Shown here one piece after another: positions 63,359-64,000 of a stretch of 64,000 nucleotides of DNA. The stretch is from the NCBI GenBank assembly GCA_051362555.1, contig CM120640.1:55468788-55532787 (forward strand). The letters run 5' to 3'. Source of the DNA: Lingula anatina. Lineage: Eukaryota > Animalia > Brachiopoda. A model generated the notes under the pieces. It saw only the letters and a list, made by a program, of their open reading frames with translations, was not told where the DNA came from and did not search any database. Positions within the stretch are counted from its first letter, which is position 1; every line of letters begins with the position of its first letter. A program made the position numbers and the translations under genes.

Positions 63359-64000
63359 GTTAGTAAATTGTGCTGTCCTTGTTTTTTTTTTTTTTTTGTT
63401 TTTTTTTACATAAATACATGTATGTCTCTCATGTAAGCAACAAAGGTTTTTCTTTATCTTTCTGTATTATAGTTAAGATTTCACAAATATTTTCTCTTTG
63501 TTTTGCGAGAGAATTCATGATCCAGCAGTGTGGCACCATGGTGCCAAGATATAGTAATCACTAGTTAATTACTTTAATTTATGAACCTTACCTGAGTCTA
63601 ATTTATTTCTTAAATATATAGATATATAGTCTACATGAACTAACTTCCTTTTGTCTGCTAGCAAGCAGAGACCCTTCCAGCAGCCCTTAGGTTCTACAAA
63701 ACATTGGTGAAAAAAGCATCTGAGGAATATGAAAAGGACATCTACCACCCTGTAATTTACATCCATGCAGCACACATTTTGCAAACATTAGACTCAAGAG
63801 AGATGGATCAGTTGTTGCAGTGGATAGGCCAGGTGAGTGAGCAGAGTCGTGGCTAGCACACTGATAGTTAGAATTATTTTCCAAACTTAAAAAGAAGTCT
63901 GTGGTATTTTGGCTGGTGTTCATTGTACCACCAGCGTTAGCGCTGGCGGTACACATGGTTTAAGTCCCGTCCGGTCCGTTCCGCCGGCTCTGCCGGCTCC

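Noticed and set aside
63930-64000. GC-rich start of a probable MITE at the right edge
   Set aside because: Truncated by the window, so no second terminus is available to confirm it.

Overview
AT-rich, intron-rich animal genomic DNA, invertebrate and probably a mollusc or other lophotrochozoan (judged from protein sequences and repeat families; not provable here). It is not prokaryotic, so most ORF-track entries are spurious. Five spliced genes were reconstructed by hand from GT-AG boundaries and frame continuity: (1) an uncharacterised helical/TPR-like gene (-) running off the left edge; (2) an 8-coding-exon RhoGAP gene (-, ~559 aa); (3) a PICALM/AP180 (LAP) ANTH-domain clathrin assembly gene (+, 22564-50222); (4) NDUFAF4 (-, 191 aa); (5) a P-loop NTPase with a mitochondrial-type presequence (+) running off the right edge. 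RhoGAP/PICALM, and probably NDUFAF4/NTPase, are head-to-head pairs. Introns hold a decayed DD34E Tc1 element, three copies of a TTAA MITE, Harbinger-type foldback MITEs, MITEs with 5-, 6- and 8-bp TSDs, Helentron-type elements with internal satellites and a LINE 3' fragment. The most striking structure is inside PICALM: a tandem battery of at least 7 short, phase-1/phase-1, frame-preserving candidate cassette exons (44142-46966), most carrying one DLL/DLF-like clathrin-binding motif and all with atypical GTY donors, plus candidate microexons. Coordinates were counted manually and may be off by a few bases; no database search was run.
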